DNA of 64,000 nucleotides from Yuukianura sp. NJ FZ-2021 (Eukaryota), in assembly GCA_046563655.1 (NCBI GenBank), contig CM102286.1, forward strand, positions 14,446,001 to 14,510,000. The letters run 5' to 3'. The notes below the pieces were generated by a model. That model was not told the origin of the DNA. It did not search any database and saw only the letters and a list, made by a program, of their open reading frames with translations. How positions within the stretch are numbered: the first letter of the stretch is position 1; each line of letters opens with the position of its first letter. Of this stretch, positions 1 through 13,800 are shown piece after piece. A program made the translations under genes and the position numbers.

Positions 1-88
1 CAAAGTTGACTAAAACTCAGAATAAGGTGAAATCGGAATTTTATCAAATGTCGTCGACATTTCGTTTTATGAAATTCTAAGTTGTTAC

Positions 89-460
89 CGGAAGTGCCGG
101 TTTGAGTAGGCCAAATTCCGTGGATGGAAAAAATGCTTGGGTTTTGTTCATAGCGACACTTGGATCCTTGATGACCGTGACCTTCCTTGAAGTCTAAACA
201 TTCCGCATGACCCCACGTTTGTGTAAATTTGATTTCGTTAAAGTCAGTGTCATGTCCTGCTGTTGGTTCTTCTGCGCAGAATCGCTCGTACAACTCCTCA
301 GCACCAACATTATACGTCGTACTCCTGTACAGAACACAAAGAACGCTGGGTTTAAACTTGGGAAACTTCTGGCGGGAACTTTAAATTTGAAAAGAAAATT
401 ATTTAAAACTTACCTTATCGAAAGGAAAATCAAACACAAAATCGATGTTGAAACTCTCAT
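89..460 (-). CDS. RNASET2: Ribonuclease T2 family protein, secreted; 5' exons only, gene continues beyond the window start
   Basis: Manual splice of exon 460-414 (ATG, signal peptide MRVSTSILCLIFLSI) with exon 324-89 gives ...DFNEIKFTQTWGHAECLDFK...CRYEQNPSIFSIHGIWPTQTGTS. IHGIWP is the RNase T2 CAS I active-site motif and is preceded by the typical FTQxW..C segment. Boundaries are GT-AG. Confidence 0.85.
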
Positions 461-1101
461 GTTCAGAATGTGCAAGTGCTTCGACAAGGTTTCTAAAATT
501 CTAAAACAAAAAAAGTTTCGACAGATTTTTAAAAAAGTTTCTAAAATTCAAAAAAAGTAAGAAATGCTAAACAAGTTAGTTAGCAAAATTAAATACCGTA
601 AGTTATGTGATGTGATGAAGGCGTATTAAAAGGTACGCTGTTGTTGTTGTGAGCTGTCCACTTTCTAATATCCTGTCACTGTTTTAGCACAAAAACTGAG
701 ATTAAAGTGCAAGTTTAAAGAGCCAGGTCCGTCCGGTGGTCCAGCTCCCTGCACTTTATGTATATTTTGGGAATATCATGTTATATCCAGGAACATGGAC
801 CGGTATGGATACATCTTCTGGTCCCCTATTCTCAAAACCTCCCGTGATGGCTTGTAAACACAAACACAAACACACGTGACTGTGAGAGACAGGTAAAATT
901 AGCATAGACTATTTTCCGATTACTTTTTAGTACTTTTACTTTAGTACTTTTGCGGTTTTAATTCTAGTTTGCGAAGTTTTAGGCTCTGCCTCTACTGTTT
1001 ATACTTAGAAATTATACTAAATCGTCTAAAATATTTGGTGAATTCGGGAATTCCTCATGCAAAATGCGCTTCCCAAAAAATAGCACTGTAAAAAGTTGAG
1101 C

Positions 1102-4100
1102 TTAAAGGTTAACGTTTCTGGACAGACTTCTATCCCAAGATAAGAACTCCCAATCAGCAGTATCTCCCTCATCGTTTTGGATCATCCTTGCGTTTGGTCT
1201 GGCCGTCCTGCTGCTGTCACTGGCATGCAAGTACAATTCCTCTACAAAATGCTTCAACAAACTCCCATTCCCATCTAGAATCCAAACTTCGTCACACACT
1301 GACACTGGAATTAGAAAACAATCATCCATTACAATTTTAACAATAACTAATTAGTTTAATTAGTAATTAGATTAATTACTCATTGACAGATTACCTGTGA
1401 GTACTTTTGCAGTCCCGGGTATTCGTTTCCAGGAATCTCCAACAAAGTTTGTACTAGAGATTCCGCAACGTCGAAATATTTCTCCCTGCGGTGACAGTGC
1501 CCAAACTGCTGTCTCACTTCAAGTATAATGTTTAAAATTTTGAATTTCAATAATTTTGATTCAAATTTTCGAAATCGAAATCGAATTTTAAAAATCAACT
1601 AGACATTTCATACCTAATTGCCAAGCTCACAGCTTCTACCGATGGAATCAAAACCCAGGAAGTTCCGATTGGTAAATCAGGAAACACTGCTTCTCTGGCG
1701 TAAACACTTCCGCGATTATCCAGTGCAAAAACGATTCTATCAGACGGCCCAACGTAAACCTACACAAAAACGATGAAATGCAATGCGTTACTCTGAATTA
1801 GTAGTTGAAAGAATCCTAATTACTAATTGAAATTGATATGCCACCTTAGTAAATACAGCATCTAATCCATAGTTTGGAGACCCGTCAACCCTGATCCATG
1901 CTGGAGAAATATCAGTTGAGCTAGGTGGATTGAGCGATCCATTCCGAATGTAAACTCCACCACGGTCATCCACACTCCACACGAGTTCAGATCCACATGA
2001 GATATGTACTAACTTACGATCCTCTAACAAAACAATTAAAAATTCAAAAACGTATTTCAAAATTTTGAACTCAAGTTTCAAAATTTAAACTTAACCTCAC
2101 CAGGTATTGGACAGAGTTGAATCTTGTCCCAGCCGTTGCCGAGTTCATTATCTGGATTGATGTTGCATCGAGCATGAATAGTTCCATGACTGTCCAACAC
2201 CCAAAGTGCTTCCGGTGCTGTCGCAATGGTCACAATGTTGTTACAGGGCGAATCAATTGGCTAAAAACAAAAACCAAAATTAAACATCTCAAAACACCAA
2301 AATACTTGATCAGACTCAATTTAAAATTTTCAAATTTCAAAAATTTTCGAATCTCAAAAATTAATTTAAAAAACCTGCAAGTTTCCTTTGGGTCCCTTGA
2401 GACAGAAAATCTTCGCCTTGACATCTTCCAGCCACAGAAATCCATGGTTGTTGTAAATGCTGCCGCCGTAGACGTTTTTCAATTTCAAATTTTTCGAACT
2501 TCCTTCAATAACGACAGGATCCCATTTATGACCTGCAAATTCAAAATTTTAGAAGGTAAAAAAAACTTTAAAAACTAAGTTTTCAAAACAGACTAACCAG
2601 AAACGCAAGTTTTGTTTAGAAAAACGTTTGTTCCTCCTCGAATTGCAAAGGCAACCATGGAATGACAGCTTGATAAGATGGGTGAAGAGACTTCCTGGAC
2701 TTGTGACGAAGCGGCCCACCGTGTCAACTTTTGTGTCCACTGACTAAGGGCATTTGGTTGTTCAGTCTGTGCTGCTAAACTGGTCAGTTCTTCACAGATA
2801 TTGACATTCCACATTTGATACTTCCCTCTTGAAGCTATAAAGTCATTGATAAAGCAGATCTGACTGGTTGCATCCACCATCCACACGGAGCCTTGGGGTC
2901 CCAACGACATAGCGACGATCGGTGGAATGGCCAGTTTCAGTTCGTTCCAACCGTTGCCATACCAACTGTCCAGTGAGTAGCCAATACACGTTCTATAAAA
3001 CACCCGACCATCCACTCCCAGAGCCCAGATTGCATCATCCAGCACATGGATTGAAGTCAATAGACATGGAACAGGAACGACTTCGAGTATCAGCTGATCA
3101 GCAATCAGCTGATTGGCAATCATACGACGATCAGCAATCAGCTGATCAGCAAGCCTCAGCCGATCAGCAATCAGCTGATCAGGATCCTTAGTTAGGCGTG
3201 TCACATGGACAGTATTGTCAGTCTTGATAATGAAAGCTAGTTCGTTACTCACAACAGCTGATTTGACCTTGTCGCAAATAGTGTGCCACTTGGCAGAAGG
3301 ACTGAAGGGGTGATCAGCACTTGCAGATGCTGCCAGTATTCCGGCAGTATTGATCCTCCATAGAATACTTCCGTCGGAGGAAGAAGTGACTTGAGTAGCT
3401 TGGAATGGAGCTTTGATCCAACAGAGTTCATTGGTCGTTTGGGCCAAACTGCTGTAGTAGACGGAATGCTGGTTGTCAATACAAATCAAATACTTGTCGG
3501 AACCGGAGATGCTGGTGACTGCTGACGGTAAGTCGTACTGAATCCAGTAGTCATTCAGTATCACTCCGGTCACTGTCATGTCTTGAATAGGCAGAAGTGA
3601 CGGTAAAGAGTGCGGTTGCGGATCGGGGTGCCGAACGGTTCGGGCCGAGCCGGGACATTCACCGAGTGTGACATTGCTACTTCCTGATGGTGGACCAAAA
3701 AAGTCGGATCCGTTGACATTGGACAGTGTTCGAGTACTGGATGCTTGGCTGATGTTGTCACTTATGTCGTCGTAAATACTTGGATAGTGGTCGTAGTCTC
3801 CACCCGTGATAGTAATTGAATCGCTGTTATCGCTTGCACTTGGTGTATCAGTATTCAGCGATTTCATTTCAGCCAAAATCGCTGTATAGTCAAGGTCTGA
3901 TTCCTGCGTGAAGATAGATCTTGTTGGTTCTTCCTTTCCGATACTTCCGGAATCGTAAAATTTTCGTTTCGTTTCAGCGTCAGTGTCATCTGTATCGCTG
4001 CTGGAAGTGACAGTATCATCTTTTACACTGCTGGAACGACAAGTATCTGTTTCAGCATCAATTGTATTGGAAGTTTGGGAAGTCGCGGCTTCATAACTTG

Positions 4101-6245
4101 GTAAAAGTTCAGACCACTTCAACATCTTCGCCAGCATTTCTTCTTTCGAACGGAGGTCAGTTTCACAAATATTCTGAGCAATTGCGGGTAACTCCAAGTC
4201 GGTTTCGCTAATTTCAAAATTCTGGTCAGCTGACTGGTTGCCTAGCGACGATACTTTGGTAAAAGTTTGTTCCTTCTCTGGAGTGCTTGTCAGTTCGGAA
4301 CTGGTTGAGCCTTGGCTACTCAAACTGACTGAATCAGCTGACGCAGCATCTCCATTTCTCCTCTTCATTTTCCTCCTCTCTGGTTTAAATTGTTCTAAAA
4401 GTACTTCTTGAAAGGAATGTTTCGAAATGAGGTCAAACCGATCAATCTTTTCTGCATTGTGCTGCTCAAGTTCGGGTGAAATTGGATATTCTTCGTTCGA
4501 TTCCGTCAGTTCTGTTGGTAAACCGCCACCCATTGGAATGATACTTGTAGGAATGAAGCCATCTTTGATATTTAAATCAGCCTCCAGTACTTGTTTCATG
4601 GTTGTCATCAAGGATGAATTGAATTTCATTGGCAACGCACGCGAAGTTTCTTTGATTTTGGACGCGATGAAACGGAAATCCGGTTTTAGTCCGGGAACGC
4701 TATCGAGCAATCCCTTAGAATTGGATTCTGGAATGATGAAAGGTTCTGCTCTTGACGATATTCTGACGATACTTCTGTTGGTTTCGATAACAAAGATTTC
4801 GTCTTTGTGGACATCCAGAGCTATAATGGACCGGAGTTCGTAGCAACTGAAGATGACTTTGACGGTTGCTGGATCCAGGACGTAGAGAACGTGATTGAAA
4901 GAGGTAACTAAATACTTGCTCATGAAGTTATACAACACTGAAAACTGTTTCTCCAGGGCAGCGTTGTACTTGACAACTTCGGAGGATGCTGGATTCAATA
5001 TTGGGATGGTCGGGTGAGTATTCAAGGCGGAATCCTAGAAAGTTAGATTAAAAACTAAGTCAAGAGTTAAGTAAGTAAAGTTAGCAGGTTATAAAAATTA
5101 ATCAAGTGAGTACTTACTTTAAAAATCAAAGTGTTCTGGACAGCACCCTCTTGATCAGCCAACCAGATTCTGAGTCCAGGCCGAGCCGCGTAGAGTTTCA
5201 TGTTCTTATTCCACAGTCCTGAGGCAAATACTCCGCCGAGTGGCCCAAAAGTTTTACGTTCCTGGTTTCCAACTTTCGTAATCTGTCTGGTTTTGGTTGA
5301 GTAAAGAAAAGTTCGCTGGAATGTTGAGATTAGTAGGTTTTGATTGGAGTAGCTCAGTTGAACAATTTCGTTTTCTTCATCCAAAAGTTTATAGGACTTG
5401 ATAAGGCCCTGGAACGATAAAAAGTCAAAACATAACATTCAAGGTCAGATTGAAGTGTCGATATTTAGCAAAAAAGTGTGAAATATGGTACAGCACAAAA
5501 GTCGATTTGAGTTTCGGCGATAACTCCCAGCATGTCACCACTGAAAAGCTTCATGCCATTGGAACTCCAGTGGAGTGCAGTGATTCCGCTGTTGTGGATG
5601 TCTCTGACCGTGTATATCTGCACCTATTGGGAGAAAAAACACAGTTGTAAGTTTTTGTTAGTTTTGACACTTAAGGTTAAACTTTTCACATAACAAGGTC
5701 AAACTTTTTTAGTTTTCCTGGGATCTCTAAAAGGAAAAGGCTGCTGATGTTGTGGAGCTGATGGATCTTCTGGAATGGATTTCGGTATTTGAAAAATAGC
5801 GATCAGTCCGTCACGATTTCCAGCAGCAATCATGTAATTCTCACAGGATACGACACTGATGCTGATAACTGGACTAGTGTTGCTACCCTACCAAAACAAT
5901 TTATAAAGAATATGATTAAAAACCTTGGATTGTTTTTAGGAGTGATTTGGATTAGCTAAAAGTTACCTCAAATTTTAGTCTTTCCAAGCTATCCTGTTCC
6001 CGGTTGTACCAGTAGATGATTCCGACATTTGTACCCAGTGCAATATAATCTGAAATGACCCCAATACATGTCAAATTCAAGTCCAGTGTCTGGAATCCCT
6101 TCTGTGCCTTTTCCGGAATTTTGTTTAGCAAGTGAGTTTGTGGTGTCCATTCGCGTAAATTTAATTCCGCAACTTGATTTTCGGCCCTTTGAACCGTCGA
6201 CGTTGTCATTATTGACGGATCCCCGGCAATATCTCCAGCTTCCAT
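1102..6245 (-). CDS. TECPR2: Tectonin beta-propeller repeat-containing protein 2 (multi-exon)
   Basis: N-terminal HPS5-like WD40 region (DYIALGTNVGIIYWYNR; LYAARPGLRIWLAD..GAVQNT), long acidic/Ser-rich middle (ORF 2593-5025), C-terminal TECPR repeats (IWALGVDGRVFYR; VWSVDDRGGVYIR) and a C-terminal LIR-like DWEFL at 1141-1155. Confidence 0.85.
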
Positions 6246-7855
6246 TATTTAGTAGAAATGAAATTGACAATATACAAATGAGATAAGTTGTGCTAAAACT
6301 TAATGCTAAATGTCCGTTAAATGTCAAAATGAAAACAAACATGAAAAATCTAAATTCCTATTTCTAAGAACTTTATCTAAAATTGAGTCAGCAAATCTTT
6401 AAGTCCAATATTGGCGCGGGTTCGGCCCAACACTTAATTGAGATTCAAGGAAAATGGAAAGATGAAGGTTAGAAGTAATGTGTTAGATTAATAACTGTTA
6501 ATTAAGATCCTTAGATAAGTTAATCAAGCGTTATCTAACCATTACTAAAGAATCTAAATTGAATTCTGGAAACTGGAAAATAAACAAAAACAAAATCAAG
6601 ATTTTTGGGAAATGAGGTAAACAAAACACAGCTGTTTCTCATTTGGCGGCAAACGGACATCTGTGTTTCAAATTTAAAAAAAATCGTAAAATAATGGTGA
6701 AAACGTTCTAATTTTAGTCAGTTAATCGTTATAATGTTACTTGCAGGTAAATGTTTTAAATTGAAATTAATATTTTGTTACAGCAAGCGTGAGTAATCAC
6801 GTTAATTTACAAGTATTTAGAGCCATTAAATTAAAGGGAGTTAACAATTAAAACAACAGTGGGATAGGAATCTTCTTTGGTCAACATAAGCACAGGTGTT
6901 GGTTTTTAATGCGCTCCTAATTATTTTAATTCACATATTTTATAAATTTATTTTTATTAGCTTCAATGAAATATTATTATTCCATTATTATTATTACAAT
7001 TTAGTATTGTTCACCGTGTCCTGCAATCAACGTTGCATTCTTATGACAAACGTCTAAAAAATTGTTAGAAGTACTGGTAATTTTAAAATTCGCCCTTAAT
7101 ATGATGTTTGCTTCGTTAATTTTGTCCTTTTGTGAAAGTGGGCCTTCATTCTTTTTTTCGTAATTAACAAGAAACTTTGAAAAATAAACGTGTTTTAAGT
7201 ATACCTAGTTCTTTTAAAAACTCGATTTAAAAAAAATCTAGAGGTAATGGGTATTTTGAAAATTGGAATTGTTGGGAGTTTTCCTTGTATAAGTAATCCT
7301 TCATTACAGTCCTTTCGGAATAAGTAAAACCGGTTTGAAAATCCCTTTTTTTAGAATTCTGGTTTCTTTTAAAAACTCAACTTTAAAATTTGTGTTAAAT
7401 TGTGTATTTGTTTTAAATGCATAACTGTATTTTATTTTGAAATTGACATGTGCGCAACTTCGTATGACAACTGTGGTAAAGAGGGACCAACCAGTAGTAT
7501 CACATAAGTGCAAAAGTCCTCCCTATTCTGCAGCAGCAGTTCACTCACATAAGAGTGACAGGCGATCGCTATTAATGGGGAAGGCTCTTTCGTTTTTTGT
7601 TGTTGTTGTTTAACAATTTGTCAAATCTAATTAACAATTAACGTTACTTCACACCTCTGTGTAGTAGTCAATCTGTTATAAACGATACACCATCGTTTGT
7701 TTCCCACTGGCAATCAGTGAAATAGTTTAGCCAAAGTTGTACCTTATACAAAAACTGCCTTAATTGTGTTTTTCATTTTTCGATCAGACGGAATTGACCT
7801 TCCCGGAGGAACGGACCTTGATTGACGTTGACATTGACATTGGTTGTCATTGACG

Positions 7856-10800
7856 ATGGAGGCGGCGGTTCCTGTCACTGTCCAGGTCCTAAGATCAGCG
7901 GATCGAGCAGTTCTGCTATGCAAGGACAACCTTATATCTCGAGCGGAGTATCATGAGAAACTGAATGTCATTGTGGCAGGGACCATTCATGGAGAAATCT
8001 ACGTCATGGATCCAAACCTCGGTGACGTCCTCTATTCTGCAAAAGTTGGTTAGTAGACGGTTCTATGTCAACCATTAATCTCGAATTAATCAGATCAATC
8101 AATTGGAGTGACTGTGACTGGTCTATTTGTTTACAGCTGAGATGAATGACAACTGGGACTTTTCTGTCGGGAGTGACCGTATAGCCATTGCAACCAAAGG
8201 AAAACTTGGATTACGAAGTGACTACAACGGAATACTCCTCTTGAATACAATCCTACAGACTCCTCTTACTGCTAACAAAGAAATGGTGGAAATAGAGTTG
8301 ACCAAGATGGAGGTAACCACCGTTGACCGTTTTCGTTTGAATAACGTCGATAAATCGTTGTTCTATTTTTCTACAGGCGGAGTTATTATGTCAAGCTCTG
8401 GCTATTCAAAGTCTGAAAGTGCAGGACACCGAGTTGAAAGAGTTGCTTCAGTACCTCAAGTCTCAATTACTCCAAGCCAAGGAACGGGATGAACCCAAAC
8501 CAGACTCCTCAACGTTTTCAGTAAAGAGAGAGAAGGTAAAAGTGTTTCATATTCTAAGTAATTGTATCATGCTCTTCTTGATTCCTTACTGTTGATCTTG
8601 ATCTTGTTTCAGTGGAACACGATAGTTTTGAAATACAATCACTCCTCCATGAAGACCGTACTTCAAGGAATCATGAACGAATTCTTGAAGAGAACTCAGT
8701 ATAATCCGCAACTGTCAATTGCTTCTTCTATCCTGGAAAGACTGAATGCGCTCCTACCAACTCAAAGTCAAAGTCAAGAAACTACGGATAAGAGTTCCAT
8801 GTTCAGTGAAGCAGCCAGGGTCAACACATTTATGAACTGGCCACACAGGGATTACAAGTAAGATCCTCTCCAGCACTTCAAAATACTTGCCAATTTTTAA
8901 CCAGTATTGCCAGCACTTCAAATACTTGCCAATTTTTAACCAGTATTGCTTGGATTTAGGTGGGCACATCCTGTCAAGATGGCACAAGCCGGATTCTATC
9001 ATAGCCCCAGCTCCACTGGAGAGGACAGAGCTATGTGCTTTACCTGCAATGTCTGTCTCGTCAGCTGGGAACCAACAGATGAACCATGGTAAACATAAGC
9101 TCCGAAGTTAATGTTAAAATTTTAACTTTTCACTTGATTTTAACTTTTAACTTTATTTTAACTTTACTTTTTTTTTGTTTTTGTTCAAGGTCTGAGCATG
9201 AACGACACTCTCCGTTCTGTCCTTTCGTGCGAGGAGAACATACTCACAATGTTCCTTTGTCTCTGTCATATTCAACGTCTCCGGCCATCGTCATGACCAA
9301 AAAGCCGCACGAGACTGCAATTCTTGGCAAGTCTACTTGTCCGAATGCTCTTCCCATGTGCTACATGGATGGACTTATTGTCATCTGGGACACTTTGAAG
9401 CAATCTAAGGTACTTAACACAAGTTTATCACTTGTAAGAAGTTTTGTGCATAGTTATACCGACTGTTTCTGTTTTTGATTTTGTAGGAAGTATTCAATTT
9501 CGAAGTGACGACGACGGACTTGCAAGATCTGGACCCCATGTCCATTGCAGGCTACAGTGACATTGACTTGAAACCAAAACAAGCCTGGGTCGAAGATATT
9601 CCAACGCCAAAGTCACTTAGCGTTTCTGAAGCTGGTGAGATTGAAATATGCGACTTTTGAAGAATGATGGAGATGGACTGACTTTTTTCTAAAACTTTTT
9701 TATATGATTTTTTCCAGATTGTCTTCAAGACTTTTCTAGAAAAGTTCAGTTGAGGAAAGTTGCTTTGATCTCATCGCCCACCCCTTCTCCTCATGTTCAT
9801 GTTCCACCTTCTCTCGTTGTGGCCGGTGGGACTGTGACCTGGGAAGGAGAGTACATCGAGTCATGGATTCTAGTTTTTTCACTCAGCCCAACCATACTCA
9901 CGGCAGAAGACGATGTATTCGAGGCTGATGCTTATGAAATGGAAACTGGTGGTAAGTAAAAAAAAAACGCAAAAACTAAACGTTCAAAATTGACAGTGTC
10001 ACATGATAAACTTTATCTTTTAATCAATAGGAACAAAGAAAGAGACGCCCCACTACGAAGATGAACTGTTCGGTCCATTTCTGAGCGAAAGTGACATCAT
10101 ATCGGAGTCGATGGTGTCTGACTCTCTCACTGTTTTCAGTGAGTCCAACATGTCGGAATCTTCGTACATCGGAATGTTCCCGCCCTCGGAGCACTCTGTC
10201 CCACCTCCAAGTACTTCATCAGCAACAAAACAACTCACTCCTTCTGCCAGTTGGATGGAGAAGGCCTTTCCCAAGTCCAAACCTGGCTCTACCAACTCCA
10301 GTGTCACGATTGTTCAGAAACTGTCTCTCCCTGATAATGTAAAACATTGTCAAGTGAGACTACTGGAACCAACACCGGAGAAGAACAAGGTAGTGGTGAT
10401 ACTGCGTGAGCTCGTTCCAGACATGGACAAGAAGTATCGTGGTGCTATTCTTGTGTACGAAATTACCGTCAATGAAGCCAATATTGTTATGCTGTCATCC
10501 ACGCCGATTCAGCAGTTGAACCTGGAAGATGAGCTGGAGATACCGATCCGATGCTGCTTCATTCCCATGGACATGCACAGCATGTCAGTGGCATTTGTAC
10601 TGGACGATGGATCGGCCAGAATCTACTCCTTGACGGACCTCCGACTCCAGTTTGTCATCCATTCGCCGATGCTGGATGATCCCATCACATCTTTAGTATA
10701 CTGTTCCAGTAAGTCATAGATAAGTTATAAATTAATTAAGTTTAGTTAATTAGTTGTTTAATTGATGAACTCGTTTGATCTTTGTGTAGGTATTGAGAAG

Positions 10801-13800
10801 CTCTGGTGTGGAACGGCACAAGGATATTTTCTGTTGTATTCAATTGGCCTCAATGAATCGGATGAAGACAACTTGACCCAATTTGAAAGCGAGACTGCGG
10901 AAACGGATGGAACTCCTCGTGTCCAATCGGATCTCATCTTGAACAAACCTCTCAATACTGCTTCGTTGCAACAACTTCGACAACTCACTAAATTTGAAAA
11001 CATCAAGTTACCATTTTGTGTCAACACGCCAGCATGCTGGCAGAAAGTAATTCAGGCTCAGAAGGAACGGAAACATCCACTTCATCTGCATAGTGAAACG
11101 GATTGGACACAATCAAGCTTCTCTTGGAGGCTACAGAGGAACAAGTAAGTAATTTCAAAATTTCAAACTGTGGTAATCGATCAGCTGATTGCTTACTTGT
11201 ATTTTTGTATTTTTATTGATCAGCTGATTACTCGATTTTTTTTATATGTATCGATCAGCTGATTACTTGGATTTTTATATTTTGATTGACCAGCTTATAA
11301 CTTTGGTGTTTTTGATCTTTTTGAATCAGCTGCTGATTACTTGGATTTTTTTGGTTTTTATTTCAGGGATTCAAAGAAAGAGCATCTTTTTGAAATTACT
11401 TTTCCAAAAACTGCTAACGTGGGTCACATTGATTTCAAGTTTTCACTTCAACCTGGCTGTACAACACTCTTGCCTTTTGAAATTACGCTGTACATGGCTC
11501 GTTCCAAGAGGGGCGGAACAGCAGTTGATGCTGGAGTTGATTTTAGTCCACAAATGCAAATGTCTAATCGGTCTCTGGAGTTTCTCAAGTCCGCCAACGC
11601 TGAAATTGTGTGTGGTCCACTGCAACTGGCCAATCATCTGGACATTACGGCTCAAAGTGGACTGCTGGTCATGACAAGTCCGATGCTGCTGCTGTCCAAG
11701 GGAAGAAGTTACTTTCTGCATGTCAAGGCCACTAAGCATGGCAGATCTGAGTCAACTGGTTCGAGCAAAGTGAGGGTTTGTTTAACTTTCTTTATTTTTG
11801 GGTGTGACTAATCCTCCGAATGCACAGATTTGTATGTATTTTCTCCAGGAACAAAAGTTACCGTCACCGAAGAAGGCAAAAAGTGCTGGAAGTGGATCTG
11901 GAAGTAGCAAATGTCCGAAGATGAAGTCATCGTCAGTTGGCAGCAGTTACAAGAAGTATCATCCGTTTATGTCCAAGGACTTTTTCAAAGCGTTCAATTT
12001 CACTGGAAAAGATACTACTTCGCTGGCAGCTCAGATCAAAGCAGCCAGTCGCAGTACAATTCTGGAGGAAATGGAGAAGAAAAGAGTCTATGAAGGATGC
12101 GACTGGCTTCATGAAATTTCACTGACAGTGAGACAAGTCAAGGAATGTCCGCTGCCAAATTCAGAGTAAGTACTTTTTTCAAGATTTTGAGAATGTTTTC
12201 AAAATTCTGAAATTTTGTTTGTGTAACAGGCTTGAGCGGAAGGCGATGCTGACTTCTCCGGAATTTGTTAGAAGATTACTGCAAGTAGTGACGTTTGGAG
12301 GAACGGAGGTTTCCTTTGCAGCTCAAAGTATTGCACTGGATCTACTTAATTGGATAGCAGGAATCAAGCTGTGTGGACCGCAATTGGGAAGTGGACGCTA
12401 TCAAGTGGACTTCATTGAAGCAATTGAGCAATGTCTGTCCGGCCTTATCCTCAAATGTATCCTGCTCGCTGATCGATCTACTGCTCACAAATGTGCCAAA
12501 TTGCTAATCCTCTGTTTTGAGTAAGTCTTTCCTTCCATAATACTCAAAACTTATGAAAAAGTTAAAAAGAAAAAATTACCGTATTTCCTGGTGTGTAATG
12601 TAATACGCACTCGACTATAATTCGCAGCCCCGAATTTCATAACGCAGCATATAAGCACAAGAAATTCAGTTTAAGTTAAGAATTTAAATTGAGTTAATAT
12701 TAAGTTTTCTGAACCAACGAAATTTTGGTTTTGTTTTTGCGAAATTTCACAAATAATAGGCGTATTATAGGCAAGGAAATACGGTATTTTTTTTTTGAAA
12801 TCTTTCATTTGGTGCTGTTTTTTTACTTACGATACTTTTTTTTTGTAGTGTTGTGGAAGTTTATCACAAGAAAGCCAAGGAAATAACTTTCTTGAAGTCG
12901 CTAGTGAAGAATCTGATTCATTTACTTCCGTTTACACTTCAATGTACCTCGGCCGGAGCACTTCAATGGTACTTTCTGCTGCTGAACCAAGTGAGAACAG
13001 TGGATCCAAGTTTGGTGAGTGAGTCCATGCTGGAAATGCTCAATATCGTGTCCAAGGAACTACTCGCCAGAACAGATCCTCTACATGCAATTCTTCGATC
13101 GAGGTGAGATTAGTTTGAGATGACTTATTTCTGTGGATATTTTTAAGTTTTTGATTTATTTTTCTAAATTCTTGTGTAAATTGACAGGTTTGGTTTGTAC
13201 GGAACTCCTTTTGATCCTGATTTGTTTGACCTGGAAGAAACGTCGCTTCCGAAACTTACTCTTCCTAGCAGAGGAAATGCGAATGGACCAAATGGACCGA
13301 CTCATGGAGAGCCGCACACTTTTGGTCCAGAACCTCCGCCACCACCAGCACCTACGTCCAAAGACTTTGACTTCCGTGATCTCCTTCTCGGAAATCCTCT
13401 GCGTCACAGTAAAGTAGTGTCACCAAAACAACAAATTCATGGTCTCATTGAAGTAGAGGCGCTGCACTTTACGTGTCATGCTGCGTCGGATGGAGCTCGA
13501 GTGGAGAAGATGGATCTGGGTAATTCTAAAATTAATTGATGGAATACAATTAATTGCAGCAGTTAATTGATTGTTGACTTAAAAATGTAGGTGGTTCAAG
13601 TACGTTTTCTCCTATGCCGATGCCACAAAGCTGGGAGCCTTTTACGAACGTTGCTACCGGAGAAGGATCCAAGAAGTCGGATCTTTACAAGGTAATATTT
13701 TTATTTTACTTGTACCGTATTTTCTCGCATATAATGCGCTCTCGTGTATAATACGCAGTTTTATATTCTGGTATACACTTAGCATACTATATCTATACTA

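Noticed and set aside
207..560. Plus-strand 117-aa ORF
   Set aside because: It is the antisense shadow of the RNase T2 exons plus AT-rich intron sequence.
4427..4843. Numerous antisense ORFs overlapping real exons (also 50301-50768, 54104-54622, 61610-62083)
   Set aside because: These are shadow frames of the coding strand with no independent evidence.
1102..6245. HPS5 (pink) as an alternative identity
   Set aside because: The N-terminal propeller is shared, but the C-terminal tectonin repeats and LIR motif fit TECPR2.
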